A stretch of 64,000 bases of DNA from Bdellovibrionota bacterium FG-1 (GTDB taxonomy: Bacteria; Bdellovibrionota; UBA1018). The notes beneath the pieces are model-generated. The model searched no databases. It saw only the letters and a list, made by a program, of their open reading frames with translations, and was not told the origin of the DNA. Numbering within the stretch: position 1 is the first letter of the stretch; every line of letters starts with the position of its first letter. Positions 22,301 through 32,455 of this stretch are shown here, in pieces. The translations under genes and the position numbers were made by a program. The stretch lies in NCBI GenBank assembly GCA_051382295.1, contig JBBCAW010000004.1:75053-139052 (forward strand), given 5' to 3'.

Positions 22301-23254
22301 ATGCGAAACCGAATCTTATTACTCATCCTCATAGGCTCACTCCCGTTGTTGTTCTGTGGCTGCCCTGAAAAGGCGGCCTTGGTCACGACCCCTACGTTTA
22401 CTGAGTCGGCGACCGAAGTGGGAGTGGGCGTTCTGTCAGGAACTTTGGCGGCCACCCACAGTCAGGGGCTTCAGGCGCGTCAAATATCCCCTGGGGTCCT
22501 AGACCGCCTCATTTCTAGTGCTTACGCAGATTATGTTGGACCCGCGATATGCCCGACTCTTGCGCGGGGGTTGGCGTGTACGGGTAGTCAAATTGTGGCT
22601 ACCTGGATACAGTGCTATTTTCCGGATACGTCTGCGCAATGGGAAGGGGCATTGAAGCTAACTTTCACGGCAGGCGACTGTACCCTGACGCCTCAATCGG
22701 CAGCGGTTACAATGCTTCGGGAGTTCCCCACTCGTGAGTTTGATACCAATCGTATTTCTGAAAATGGAACGCAGGTTTACTTGAATACCGAGGTCAAAGC
22801 GGGGTTTCAGACGCCAGTCTCGGGAGGTATTCAGGTAGTGTCTGACGGGGCCGGCGGTCGCAAAGTGACTTTTCAGGGAATTCGGATTCGTGGATATCGC
22901 AAAGGATTTCTCGACCCTGACCCGCGGGTAGCGCCGCAAAAAGTTTTAGGGTGGGAATATTCGGTATCTTCCGAGGAATTGGCGATTTCGACCGTAGGAA
23001 CGACCCAAATTTTGAGTTCTGGAAAAATAAACCTTCAAGAAAATCTAACTAAAGCCCAGGCGCAGATCGAGGTTGTCACCCCTATCCAGTGGGCGAAGTA
23101 TTGTTGTTTTCCAATTGGCGGTAAGGTTTTGACGACCTTTACAGGTGGAAAGTCAGGAACCGAAACAATGGATTTTTCTGACCTTTGCGGGCACGCCACT
23201 TATACGGATCTCAGTGGGGCCACCAGTACTCTAATTTTGAGTCAGTGCTTATAA
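22301..23254 (+). CDS. Beta-rich hypothetical lipoprotein
   Basis: LLFCGC lipobox; Thr/Gly-rich strands; CCFPIGG near the C-terminus. Confidence 0.6.
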   Translation: MRNRILLLILIGSLPLLFCGCPEKAALVTTPTFTESATEVGVGVLSGTLAATHSQGLQARQISPGVLDRLISSAYADYVGPAICPTLARGLACTGSQIVATWIQCYFPDTSAQWEGALKLTFTAGDCTLTPQSAAVTMLREFPTREFDTNRISENGTQVYLNTEVKAGFQTPVSGGIQVVSDGAGGRKVTFQGIRIRGYRKGFLDPDPRVAPQKVLGWEYSVSSEELAISTVGTTQILSSGKINLQENLTKAQAQIEVVTPIQWAKYCCFPIGGKVLTTFTGGKSGTETMDFSDLCGHATYTDLSGATSTLILSQCL

Positions 23255-23341
23255 AGGTGCGGGGATGCGATCGTCCGATAATTGACGGTATTTAACTTAT
23301 TAAGCTATTTCGCCTGATCTGCCGACATGTAGTTAGAGACT

Positions 23342-25741
23342 ATGGATAGAATCCGAGTATCCCTTTATCAAGTCGCGCTTATCTTGCTCTCGCTTTTTCT
23401 TGGGGCCTGCAGTAGTCCCGCGTCTTTTGTGGTGACGGGTCAGGCGTCTGATGCTCCGATCGCGGTCTATGGTTTTGGTGGGCGTATTTTGAATACCTCG
23501 ACGGATGTCGTATTTACCATTACGAATTCGGGCGACAAAAGTGGAAAAATAGCGGCAGGCGAAGTGACAAGCACACCCTTTAGTTTTAAAGGGGGAGCTT
23601 ATCCTGGAGCGGGTGGAAGTTGCGCCGAGGATTTGGGGGGGGGTGACACATGTACTGTTTCATTGACGTTTGCCCCCACTCAATCAGGAGTCTTCACTGG
23701 CACCTTTACCCTGAGCTACAATGATGGATCTGGAGATTCGGGTGATCAGAAAGCGACAGTCAATCTGTTAGGCACGGGGTACAAGGCTTCTTCTTTGCTG
23801 ATTACCGAGGGTGCAAGCTACGACTTTGGCGAAAAATCTATTTTATCTTCGACTGATCAAACGATTACAATCACTAATGTTGGCGAGCGGCCTGCGGACC
23901 TCATCGCACCAGCTGCCTTGGCCCCGCCTTTTTCGTTTAAATCAGGCAATTATCCGGGGGTAGGCGGTACGTGTGCGGACATCCTCGCTGGCGGCAATTC
24001 ATGCACCATCGTGCTTCATTACTCGCCAACCTCAGGGGGTACCGCCCGAGGGGTGATGATTTTAAGTTACAATGACGGCGCTCAGCTCCAACAGGTTACC
24101 TACACCATGACCGGAGATGCCAAAATTCCGGCGGTTTTGGGTATTTCTCATTCGCCTAGCGCGGACTATGGCACCCAACCCATCAATGGTTATTATGATT
24201 TAACTCTCACCGTGAATAACACGGGGGATTATACTGCGACTGGTTTAAGTGGTTCGACGTTAACTAATCCTTTCTCTTACAAGAATGGCACCTTTCCGGG
24301 CAGTGGCGGTACGTGTGGCGCGACGCTTGCCGGTCGTGCCGGTTGTACCGTTGTGATCACTTTTAACCCCCTGACCATCAACAGTTTTACCCGAACTTTT
24401 ACTCTAAGTTTTAATGATGGTGTTGCTGATCAAACCGTTTCACGCTTTTTAATTGGTACCGGCGCAGCCGGCTGGACTTGGCTCGCGGGCAGCGGTTCCC
24501 CCAATCTCGTGGGGGATTATGGCGTGATGGGGACCGGCGCTTTAACGAACCTCCCAGGCAGCCGATCGGGCGCCTATTCTTGGAAAGATTTGAGCGGCAA
24601 TTTCTGGCTCTTTGGGGGTTACGGCTACGATAGTGTCGGCAGTTTGGGCAATCTCAACGATCTTTGGAAATACGATGGTACCAACTGGACCTGGGTGGGT
24701 GGCAGCCGCTACTATGGGCAACCCGGAGTTTATGGCGTACAGGGCGTCGCTGCAGGCGCCAATGTTCCCGGCGGCCGTGAGCAGGGTCTCAGTTGGGTTG
24801 ATTCATCGGGAAATTTTTGGTTATTGGGCGGTTATGGCCACGATGTGGGGGATAATCTTGGATTTCTCAACGATCTTTGGAAATTTAATGGCACGCAGTG
24901 GAAGTGGGTTTCCGGCGGAAGCTCGCGAAATCCCTCCGGGGTTTATGGCGTCAAAGGCGTAGCCGCGGGCGCCAATGTTCCCGGAGGACGTTCTGCTTCA
25001 ACCGGATGGATCGATGCCAGTAATAATCTGTGGCTTTTTGGCGGGATTGGTTATGATACGGCTTCTACCGGCTCGGGTTATTTGAGCGATCTCTGGAAGT
25101 TCGACGGTACTAATTGGACCTGGATTTCTGGCACTAATTCGATCGGGTCGACCGGCACCTATGGCGTGAAGGGCACGCCCGCATCTGGAAATGTACCTGG
25201 AGGAAAGTCCGCTGCGGTTTCCTGGGTCGATGGCAGTGGTAATATGTGGATGTTGGGTGGGCAGGGATACGATACCGCTGGCACGCTTGATTACCTCAAC
25301 GAACTTTGGAGATTTGACGGCACGAATTGGACTTGGACCGCCGGAAGCAAGTACGCGGGCCAGGCAGGGGCTTATGGAACGCAAACACAAGCGAGTGCAT
25401 CGAACTTTCCAGGGGCGCGGAGCGCCTCCGTGGTGTGGAAAGATAGTGGAAGCAATATTTGGATATTTGGTGGCAGTGGCTATGATTCGGTGGGGATTCG
25501 CGGCGATCTGAACGATGTTTGGAAATTCGATGGCACTGCCTGGACATGGCAAGCCGGCTCGATCACCAGTAATAGCAAAGGGGTTTATGGGGTGCAGAAC
25601 CATTCCGCCTTTACCAATACGCCGGGCGCGAGAGAGCTTTCAGTGGGATGGATCGATTCGCTGGATAATTTGTGGATCTTTGGGGGATTCGGCGTCGGCT
25701 CAAATACCGCGGGAGCCCTGAACGATTTCTGGAAATTTTAA
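23342..25741 (+). CDS. Surface lipoprotein: three Ig-like (choice-of-anchor D/ASH-like) repeats plus six-bladed Kelch propeller
   Basis: FLGAC lipobox; 3x PFSFK.G.YPG.GG.C...L..G..CT...LSYNDG; 6x PG.R....W.D..GN.W.FGG.G...LNDLWKFDG. Confidence 0.85.
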   Translation: MDRIRVSLYQVALILLSLFLGACSSPASFVVTGQASDAPIAVYGFGGRILNTSTDVVFTITNSGDKSGKIAAGEVTSTPFSFKGGAYPGAGGSCAEDLGGGDTCTVSLTFAPTQSGVFTGTFTLSYNDGSGDSGDQKATVNLLGTGYKASSLLITEGASYDFGEKSILSSTDQTITITNVGERPADLIAPAALAPPFSFKSGNYPGVGGTCADILAGGNSCTIVLHYSPTSGGTARGVMILSYNDGAQLQQVTYTMTGDAKIPAVLGISHSPSADYGTQPINGYYDLTLTVNNTGDYTATGLSGSTLTNPFSYKNGTFPGSGGTCGATLAGRAGCTVVITFNPLTINSFTRTFTLSFNDGVADQTVSRFLIGTGAAGWTWLAGSGSPNLVGDYGVMGTGALTNLPGSRSGAYSWKDLSGNFWLFGGYGYDSVGSLGNLNDLWKYDGTNWTWVGGSRYYGQPGVYGVQGVAAGANVPGGREQGLSWVDSSGNFWLLGGYGHDVGDNLGFLNDLWKFNGTQWKWVSGGSSRNPSGVYGVKGVAAGANVPGGRSASTGWIDASNNLWLFGGIGYDTASTGSGYLSDLWKFDGTNWTWISGTNSIGSTGTYGVKGTPASGNVPGGKSAAVSWVDGSGNMWMLGGQGYDTAGTLDYLNELWRFDGTNWTWTAGSKYAGQAGAYGTQTQASASNFPGARSASVVWKDSGSNIWIFGGSGYDSVGIRGDLNDVWKFDGTAWTWQAGSITSNSKGVYGVQNHSAFTNTPGARELSVGWIDSLDNLWIFGGFGVGSNTAGALNDFWKF

Positions 25742-25768
25742 ATACGATGGTCTAAATCTGGGAGATCC

Positions 25769-27076
25769 ATGATTGTATCTCAAGATCATCGTCGTTTTGC
25801 GTACTATCGAAATACCACCTTCGCTTCCCTGCTGCTTGGCTATGCCAGTTACTATCTTTGCCGGCAAAATTTAAGCGCGGCGTATGCCCCGATGAAGACG
25901 GCCCTCGGAATTTCCACCGTCCAGTTTGGCTCGCTCACCAGTTTTGGTACCCTCTTGTATGCTTTTGGCAAGCTCACGACGGGGGCGGTAGCCGATTCGC
26001 GTTTTGGGGGCCGTAACTTATTTTTTATAGGGCTTTTTGGTTCTGCCTTGTTGTCTGTATTTTTTGGTTTGAGTTCCGGAATGGGACTTTTTTTGGCCAT
26101 TTGGGGCGCTAATCGTTTTTTTCAGTCCATGGGTTGGGGCGGCCTGGTCAATGTCATGGCGCGGTGGTTTCCGGCGCGTAGCTACGGCACAGCCATGGGA
26201 TTTATGTCCATTAGCTATCAATTCGGGGGAGTGCTCGCTTCCTTATTTGCTGGATTGATTCTCGCGCTGGGCGGGGGCTGGCGTGCTCTTTTTATTATCC
26301 CGGGGATTGTGTTGCTGATCTTGGGGTTTGTCCTTCAGCCATTTTTGAAAAACAGCCCCGAAGATGTGGGGGAGTCTCTTCCATCCTTTTCAACCGAAAA
26401 TCATCCGGCAAAATCCACAGAGGTAGATTGCCTCAGACACGAAGATGAGCTGACCTATTGGCAGCGCTTCCAAGTTTTACTGGGAGATCGAGCTTTTTTG
26501 TTGATGGTCGGGTTGTCGTTCATTCTCACTTTCCTGCGCGAGTGTTTTAATACGTGGACTCCCACTTTGTTTTCAATGATGGGGGCGAGTGCAAGCGCGG
26601 CCGCATTTAAGTCAGCGGTTTTCCCCCTTTTGGGCTGTGTGGGGACGCTTTTTGCGGGTTGGTTTTCCGATCGTTTTTTTAACGGAAGGCGTGGCCCTGT
26701 GATGGCGGGGCTGCTCTTAGGGCTTATTGCTTCACTTTTGGCGTTGAGTCAGCTGACCTCTTTGGCGGCCTGGATAAACGTGACTCCTTCGCGGTTAGCG
26801 ACAGGCCTGGTCGCACTCATTGGGTTTTTTCTATTGGGTCCGTACTCCTTGGTGGGAGGAGTTGTGGCGCTTGATTTTGGCGGACGTAAAACATCGGGTA
26901 CGGCCGCAGGATTACTCGATGGCGCGGGCTATTTGGCGGCCTCATTAGCAGGCGTAGGTGTGGCTGAATTTTTGGTTCATGCTGGGTGGAGTCAGGCTTT
27001 TGGGATTATGGCCGTTCTTGGCGCTTTGGCGATTGTGCTTTGTGGGTTGCTCTGGCAGGTGCGTCCGAGGAATTGA
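25769..27076 (+). CDS. MFS organophosphate:Pi antiporter (GlpT/UhpC-like)
   Basis: GYASYYLCRQNLS, YAFGK...G..AD, FFQSMGW, WF...GTA.G, GWFSDR; about 12 TM segments. Confidence 0.85.
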   Translation: MIVSQDHRRFAYYRNTTFASLLLGYASYYLCRQNLSAAYAPMKTALGISTVQFGSLTSFGTLLYAFGKLTTGAVADSRFGGRNLFFIGLFGSALLSVFFGLSSGMGLFLAIWGANRFFQSMGWGGLVNVMARWFPARSYGTAMGFMSISYQFGGVLASLFAGLILALGGGWRALFIIPGIVLLILGFVLQPFLKNSPEDVGESLPSFSTENHPAKSTEVDCLRHEDELTYWQRFQVLLGDRAFLLMVGLSFILTFLRECFNTWTPTLFSMMGASASAAAFKSAVFPLLGCVGTLFAGWFSDRFFNGRRGPVMAGLLLGLIASLLALSQLTSLAAWINVTPSRLATGLVALIGFFLLGPYSLVGGVVALDFGGRKTSGTAAGLLDGAGYLAASLAGVGVAEFLVHAGWSQAFGIMAVLGALAIVLCGLLWQVRPRN

Positions 27077-27140
27077 GACAGCCGTATCTAATATTTGCAG
27101 GATATGTTAGTTTGATCCCAACGAAAGCGAGTCTCGATCT

Positions 27141-27311
27141 ATGGAAACTGAAATCAAACAACGCCAGTTAGGGAAGAATGAATTTAGATGCTTCCATTGT
27201 CGGTCGATTTTTCAGAAAAAAGACGGTGACTGGTTCAACTGGAACAATATGCAGGTTCACCTTTGCCGCACCTGCGCTAGTGTGACTGCCGGTAGTCCTC
27301 AGCGCGCATAG
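27141..27311 (+). CDS. Small CxxC...CxxC zinc-finger protein (56 aa, below ORF-track cutoff)
   Basis: Manual translation METEIKQRQLGKNEFRCFHCRSIFQKKDGDWFNWNNMQVHLCRTCASVTAGSPQRA*; it fits the gap between its neighbours. Confidence 0.6.
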   Translation: METEIKQRQLGKNEFRCFHCRSIFQKKDGDWFNWNNMQVHLCRTCASVTAGSPQRA

Positions 27312-27318
27312 ACCGCAG

Positions 27319-28206
27319 CTAGCGCCAGATTCCTTCAATGGACGTGGCCGAGGCATCATTTCTTCCAAGACTTCCAAGGCCGAAGGTGTCCTCAACAAGT
27401 CTTAAAATACTGTAATGGTTGGTCGGCGTTTGGACTACTGATCCTGGGACTACGTTCGGTCCTAAAAACAGGGTATAGATCTGATTCGATTTGCTCGTGT
27501 TATCGTCTTCGTCAAAGGTGACGACGACGAGAAGATCTTGCATAAAGGCAGGGTCTTGAAATTTGGGGCCAAACGCTTTGGCAAACCAAGCGTCGGCAAA
27601 GGCCGGTCCTGTATCATGACCATCATTGTTCAAATTGGGGATATAGAGCGAAAAATCCGGAAGCCCCGTGCTGCTTAAATCCGAAGCGAGCATGGATGCG
27701 GGTACGATTCGAGCGCAACGGCTGGGATTTTTTTGAACATTGCTAAAACTGATCAACGGAACGTGTTTGCGAGCATAAGGTCCGCTTCGTTTACCCAGAA
27801 AACAATTTTCGGGATAGTCTTCCGCGTAAATTTTCCAGGATTTACCCTTCTTTTCAAGAAGGTCGCCTAAGTGACTTTGATTGAGGGTCACCGGAGAATC
27901 ATCCTGAACCCCTAAGGTATCTCCCCCAACGAGGGCAATATAATTAGGTTGCGAGGGGTGTGTTTCGGCGGAAAAGGCTGAAAAAAGGGCGCCTGTCTTC
28001 GTCAGACTTGAAAAAAAAGGTTGATTGAGAGTGGTTTGATAGCTCGTGTTCTCAAAAATGATGACCATTACCTTTTTGAACGAAGGCGCCGAAGCCGGGA
28101 GCAATGACTGCGCGGCTCGACAATTCCATCCCAGCGTCAAATAGCAGATGCAAATCAACGGTAGGGTTAGCAGCGAGCGAATTGCCATTTTCCGCAGACA
28201 AACCAT
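27319..28206 (-). CDS. Secreted phosphoesterase / acid phosphatase (alkaline-phosphatase superfamily)
   Basis: IIFEN, THPSQPNYIAL, YARKH.P, NDGHD, TFDE, NHYSILR motifs; signal peptide. Confidence 0.85.
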   Translation of the reverse strand: MVCLRKMAIRSLLTLPLICICYLTLGWNCRAAQSLLPASAPSFKKVMVIIFENTSYQTTLNQPFFSSLTKTGALFSAFSAETHPSQPNYIALVGGDTLGVQDDSPVTLNQSHLGDLLEKKGKSWKIYAEDYPENCFLGKRSGPYARKHVPLISFSNVQKNPSRCARIVPASMLASDLSSTGLPDFSLYIPNLNNDGHDTGPAFADAWFAKAFGPKFQDPAFMQDLLVVVTFDEDDNTSKSNQIYTLFLGPNVVPGSVVQTPTNHYSILRLVEDTFGLGSLGRNDASATSIEGIWR

Positions 28207-28224
28207 AATTCCATTCTCCGCATG

Positions 28225-28257
28225 AAAAAATGGGCCGGTGTTGCCACCAGCCCATTT
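28225..28257 (-). terminator. Intrinsic terminator after the korAB-nuo-fdx-omp operon
   Basis: AAATGGGC...GCCCATTT hairpin followed by T6 on the minus strand. Confidence 0.65.
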
Positions 28258-28285
28258 GGAATGAGTAACGATTAAAGAGAGACCC

Positions 28286-29119
28286 TTACAGGGTCACAAC
28301 CAATGACAGGCCGGTAAAGAATGCATTGGCATCAGCGGCCACGTTCGTGTCGGTGTTGTCGACCAAAGGGTCACCTGCTTTGATGATCGTTCCGTATTGG
28401 TCCGTTGCCTTAATCTGAGAGGCCGACAAGATACGGTATCCGCCTTCGAGACGCACACCGATGTGTTGAGTTGCGTCGAAGTTGATAAATGCTGCGCCCA
28501 AGCCTGTGATAGGCGTAGCACCCCACGTGGCCGTTCCGTTGGGGCGATTAGCATCGTTGGATCCGCTAATTTCCATCGAACCACGGTAATTGAAGGCAAA
28601 CCCACCACCGATGGTGGTGCCTAGGCGCCATTTCGGGGCTACAGGGTACATATAGGTTGCGGTCAGCATGGTTGGCATGCCCGAAAGTGTGGCTTGAACA
28701 TTTCCAGGGACGTTGCCGCCTCTTTTGACTGAATCCGAAGAGGTTGTAAAATACTCCATCCGAACGCCCATGTAGAATTGGTCTTCGTAAAGAGGAATAT
28801 CAATCGCTGCACCGCCCGCAAAAGCGTTGCCAATCTTCATGCCCGTGTTGTTGTCAAAGGTCGTTTGAAGGTAATTGTTCAACGATTTTGGGTTCATCAT
28901 TTGGTAGGAGCCCATCGGCCGAATCATCACTCCCGCGAGGGGTGCATTTGAGGTGGGTTGGACTTCAGCAACATGAATAGTTGATGTAGGCTGGGTGTTT
29001 GCGGTCGTCGAGGCTGGCGCAGGTGTTGCCGCGGTTTTCCTAGCTTTCTTATGTGCCGCAAAAGTAGCGGACGACGAAACGAAAGCACACAGTGCCAATA
29101 GCGTGAGTATCTTTTTCAT
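28286..29119 (-). CDS. Outer-membrane beta-barrel protein (8-strand OmpW/OmpA-barrel-like size)
   Basis: Signal peptide, Ala/Thr/Pro linker, amphipathic strands (GVRLEGGYR); starts 11 bp after the ferredoxin stop. Confidence 0.65.
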   Translation of the reverse strand: MKKILTLLALCAFVSSSATFAAHKKARKTAATPAPASTTANTQPTSTIHVAEVQPTSNAPLAGVMIRPMGSYQMMNPKSLNNYLQTTFDNNTGMKIGNAFAGGAAIDIPLYEDQFYMGVRMEYFTTSSDSVKRGGNVPGNVQATLSGMPTMLTATYMYPVAPKWRLGTTIGGGFAFNYRGSMEISGSNDANRPNGTATWGATPITGLGAAFINFDATQHIGVRLEGGYRILSASQIKATDQYGTIIKAGDPLVDNTDTNVAADANAFFTGLSLVVTL

Positions 29120-29130
29120 GAATCGGTCCT

Positions 29131-29418
29131 TTATTTGCTGAAACGGGAAGGGACTTTGCCGGAAAAATCTTTTCCGGGATGGAGTTTTTTCACGCGGTCG
29201 AGGAGCGAAGCTTCCGTGTCCACATGGGCTTCGTCAGGGAGGCAGGCGTCGACTGGGCAAACTGCAGCACAACGAGGTTCACCGTGGAAGCCCACGCACT
29301 CGGTGCAAGAGGTTGTGTTAATTGTAAAAGTATCGTCGCCCATGCTGATCGCAGAATTGGGACACTCAGGTTCGCAGGCGCCGCAATTATTGCAATCGGA
29401 CGTGATTTTGTATGACAT
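29131..29418 (-). CDS. YfhL-family 2x[4Fe-4S] ferredoxin
   Basis: [12 protein letters not shown] and [22 protein letters not shown]. Confidence 0.92.
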   Translation of the reverse strand: MSYKITSDCNNCGACEPECPNSAISMGDDTFTINTTSCTECVGFHGEPRCAAVCPVDACLPDEAHVDTEASLLDRVKKLHPGKDFSGKVPSRFSK

Positions 29419-29496
29419 AAGATTTCACTCCCTTACTTGAGGTTAAGGGATGCTTTTTAGCACCTTTGGGTGCATGGGGCAATGTCGAAGGCTATT

Positions 29497-30918
29497 TTAA
29501 AAATGGGCCAACCACTGCGTGGTGGCTTCTCCGATGCGTTCGAAAAACATCGGAACCACTCCGATAAATACGCCCCCAAGAGTCGCAATTGCCAAGCCCG
29601 CCCCCATGAGCGGCGAAATAGCCAAAGGTTGAGCCCCCTCAGCAGGGGGTTCAATGTACATTTGGCGAACAATTCTGAGGTAATAATACAAAGAAACCGT
29701 CGAGTTGACTGCGGCGAGGGCCACCAACCCATAGTAGCCGGCTTTGGCCGCCACATTGAAGAGCATAAATTTACCCACAAAGCCTGACAACGGAGGAATC
29801 CCCGCTAAGCCAAACAGTGCGACCATCGCGGCAAGGCTTAAAAGTGGATTGGTCTGCGAGAGGCCTTTGAGGCTTGCGAGATCTTCACGGCCGGTTTGGT
29901 GAATGTGGAGCACGATAATCGAAAAAATCGCGAGATTCGTCATGACATAAATGAGCATGTAAAAGACCATCGCCGAAGCATCGGTGCCCGAATTTCCCAA
30001 GAAACCGAGGATCAAATACCCTGCCTGCGAAATAGCGCTAAAAGCCATAAAGCGCTTCAGGTTGTTTTGAAGGATGGCCACTAAATTTCCCAAAGTCATC
30101 GTGAGGGCCGCAAAAACCGCCACGAAAGCGGACGACTGTCCAACAAAACTGCCGAAAACCCGATAAAAAAGCTGAAAGGCCACAGCCAGCCCGGCCGCCT
30201 TGGAGGCCACCGAAAGAAACGCCGTCACCGGAGTCGGTGCGCCCTCATACGCATCTGGGGCCCACATGTGAAATGGAAAGATCGTCAATTTGAAGCCCAC
30301 GCCCGCCGTGATCAAGGCGGCCGCTAGCCAAACCGCCGAAGAAGGCTGAAGCGCGTGTCCGATGGCAATGAGCGAGGTTTGTCCCGTGAGGCCATAGAGC
30401 AGGCCAAAGCCGTAGAGCAAGAGGGCCGAAGCCAGCGCACCCATGGCGAGATACTTCAGCGCGCCCTCGCCCGAACGCTCGTTGCGGGACCAGGCCGTCA
30501 GACCAAAAAGTGGGATCGTCGCAAGTTCGAGGCTGACATAAAGCGAAATCAAATCCTGGCTTGAAATCAGGCTCATCATTCCGGAGACCGAAAAGAGCAT
30601 CACTGCAATAAATTCGGCTCTGGCTTGAAGAGGCTGTTTAGCGTGAGGATCAAAAGGCATCTGGCTGAGTGTCACGGTCAGCAGAGTAGCAATCAAAAAA
30701 ATGGCCTTAAACCACAGGCTCAAAGGATCAATCGTAAAGCGACCCCCCAAAACCTCGGCCGGCTGATCCAGCACATAAAAGAGACTTGCCAGGGCGGCGG
30801 CTAGGCCAATCAGCGCTACCGTGGGTATCCATCGCTTATTGGCGCGTAAAAACACGAGGTCCAAAATCAATATCAAGAAGCCGGTAAGAACGACTAAAAT
30901 TTCAGGAAGCAATGACAT
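29497..30918 (-). CDS. nuoN: Complex I subunit N
   Basis: EGALKY, GFKLTIFPFHMWAPDAYEGAPTPV, GIPPLSGFVGK. Confidence 0.93.
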   Translation of the reverse strand: MSLLPEILVVLTGFLILILDLVFLRANKRWIPTVALIGLAAALASLFYVLDQPAEVLGGRFTIDPLSLWFKAIFLIATLLTVTLSQMPFDPHAKQPLQARAEFIAVMLFSVSGMMSLISSQDLISLYVSLELATIPLFGLTAWSRNERSGEGALKYLAMGALASALLLYGFGLLYGLTGQTSLIAIGHALQPSSAVWLAAALITAGVGFKLTIFPFHMWAPDAYEGAPTPVTAFLSVASKAAGLAVAFQLFYRVFGSFVGQSSAFVAVFAALTMTLGNLVAILQNNLKRFMAFSAISQAGYLILGFLGNSGTDASAMVFYMLIYVMTNLAIFSIIVLHIHQTGREDLASLKGLSQTNPLLSLAAMVALFGLAGIPPLSGFVGKFMLFNVAAKAGYYGLVALAAVNSTVSLYYYLRIVRQMYIEPPAEGAQPLAISPLMGAGLAIATLGGVFIGVVPMFFERIGEATTQWLAHF

Positions 30919-30927
30919 GCTGGCTCC

Positions 30928-32448
30928 TCAGTGGTGTAGCCGATTCAAGATCGGATAAATCGCGGGTTCAATCAACTCAATGAGCATTCGTGGAAATACG
31001 CCCACTCCGACCAGAGTCGCGATTAAAATTGCAGTGCAGAGCCGTTCGGACATCGTGGCATCCGTAAGTTCCGCATGATGTGAATCGTAGAGCGGTCCTA
31101 GAAAAACGGTTCCAAGGCCTCTCAAAACGTAAACCGCAGTCACTACGATCGACATAGCCGCAAGGACTGTAAGAATTCGCATGGCGACCACCGAATGCCA
31201 GGGATTTCCAAAGAAACCTCCCAAAAACACGTGGGCTTCAGCAACAAACCCCGCAAAGCCAGGAAGGCCCAGTGAGGCCAAGCCACCGATATAAAAAGCG
31301 GTTGCTAGCCACGGCATAACCTTGGCCAGACCGCCCATTTCTGGAATGATTCGCGTGTGAGTACGGCCATAGACCATCCCGATCAGGGAGAAGAATAGGC
31401 CCGTCATGATGCCATGACTGAACATCTGCAAAACAGCGCCCTTCATTCCCATCATGTTGAGGGTTGCGACCCCAAAAAGAACCATCCCGCAATGGCTGAC
31501 CGAGGAATAAGCCGTAAAGTATTTAAGGTCGCGCTGTTTGATTGCGCCAAATGAGCCGTAAAGAATATTGATCGTGGTGAGGCCCATAAAGAATAAGCCC
31601 CACTCTTTGGCACCCTCTGGGAGCAAATAAACGGCGACCCGAAGCGCGCCATAACCGCCCATCTTCATGAGCACGCCAGCGTGAAGCATCGAAACGGCCG
31701 TGGGTGCCGAAGCATGTCCGTCGGGCGACCAAGTATGAAAAGGATAGAGAGCGCCCAAAATTCCGAACCCAATAAAAATAACCGGAAAGGCCCAATGCTG
31801 AAAGCTGGTCGGATAATGGAACTGCGCCATCTGCGTCAGATCAAAGCTAAAGTTGCCTGTTGCCTGACCCGCGATCTGATAAAGACCCAAAAACCCCACA
31901 AAAAGTAGAGCCGAACCCACCATGAGCATCAAAGTGAGTTTCATGGCCGAGTATTCTTTTGGGCCCGTTCCCCAAACCCCGATCAAAAGGTACATGGGCA
32001 AAACGGCCACTTCGTAGAACATAAAGAACAAGAAAAGATCGAAGCTCAAAAAGACGCCGAACACTCCAGTCACGAGCACTAGTAAAAAAGCAAAAAATTC
32101 TTTTGCCCGGTTTTCAACTTTCCAACTCGCCAAAACCCCCGTGAAAATAATGATCGAAGTCAAGATCACCATCGACATCGAGATGCCGTCGGCGCCCAGC
32201 AGATATTGAATACCGAGTCCCTTGAACCAATCCGCTCGTTCGACGAGAAACAAATGCGTAAACATCGCATTTTGGGTGGGATCCGCCGAAGCGAGAGTCC
32301 AAAATTTGGCGGTGGCGATGGCCGTTAGAATTAGATGAAGTCCTGTCCCTAACAACGCAATCCAGCGGACGGCTTTGGTGTTAGGCGCGGCCAGAACACC
32401 GAGGGCAGTTAAGAACGGAAGAAAAATGAGCCAGCTTAAAATACCCAT
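30928..32448 (-). CDS. nuoM: Complex I subunit M
   Basis: FFMFYEVAVLPMY, PFHTWSPDGHASAPT, LMKMGGYG, AYSSVSH, LGLPGFAGFVAE. Confidence 0.93.
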   Translation of the reverse strand: MGILSWLIFLPFLTALGVLAAPNTKAVRWIALLGTGLHLILTAIATAKFWTLASADPTQNAMFTHLFLVERADWFKGLGIQYLLGADGISMSMVILTSIIIFTGVLASWKVENRAKEFFAFLLVLVTGVFGVFLSFDLFLFFMFYEVAVLPMYLLIGVWGTGPKEYSAMKLTLMLMVGSALLFVGFLGLYQIAGQATGNFSFDLTQMAQFHYPTSFQHWAFPVIFIGFGILGALYPFHTWSPDGHASAPTAVSMLHAGVLMKMGGYGALRVAVYLLPEGAKEWGLFFMGLTTINILYGSFGAIKQRDLKYFTAYSSVSHCGMVLFGVATLNMMGMKGAVLQMFSHGIMTGLFFSLIGMVYGRTHTRIIPEMGGLAKVMPWLATAFYIGGLASLGLPGFAGFVAEAHVFLGGFFGNPWHSVVAMRILTVLAAMSIVVTAVYVLRGLGTVFLGPLYDSHHAELTDATMSERLCTAILIATLVGVGVFPRMLIELIEPAIYPILNRLHH

Positions 32449-32455
32449 ATCGTCC

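Noticed and set aside
24460..25741. Recurrent ~215-bp nucleotide similarity as CRISPR or DGR repeats
   Set aside because: Explained by in-frame Kelch blades with synonymous divergence; no spacers, cas genes or reverse transcriptase.
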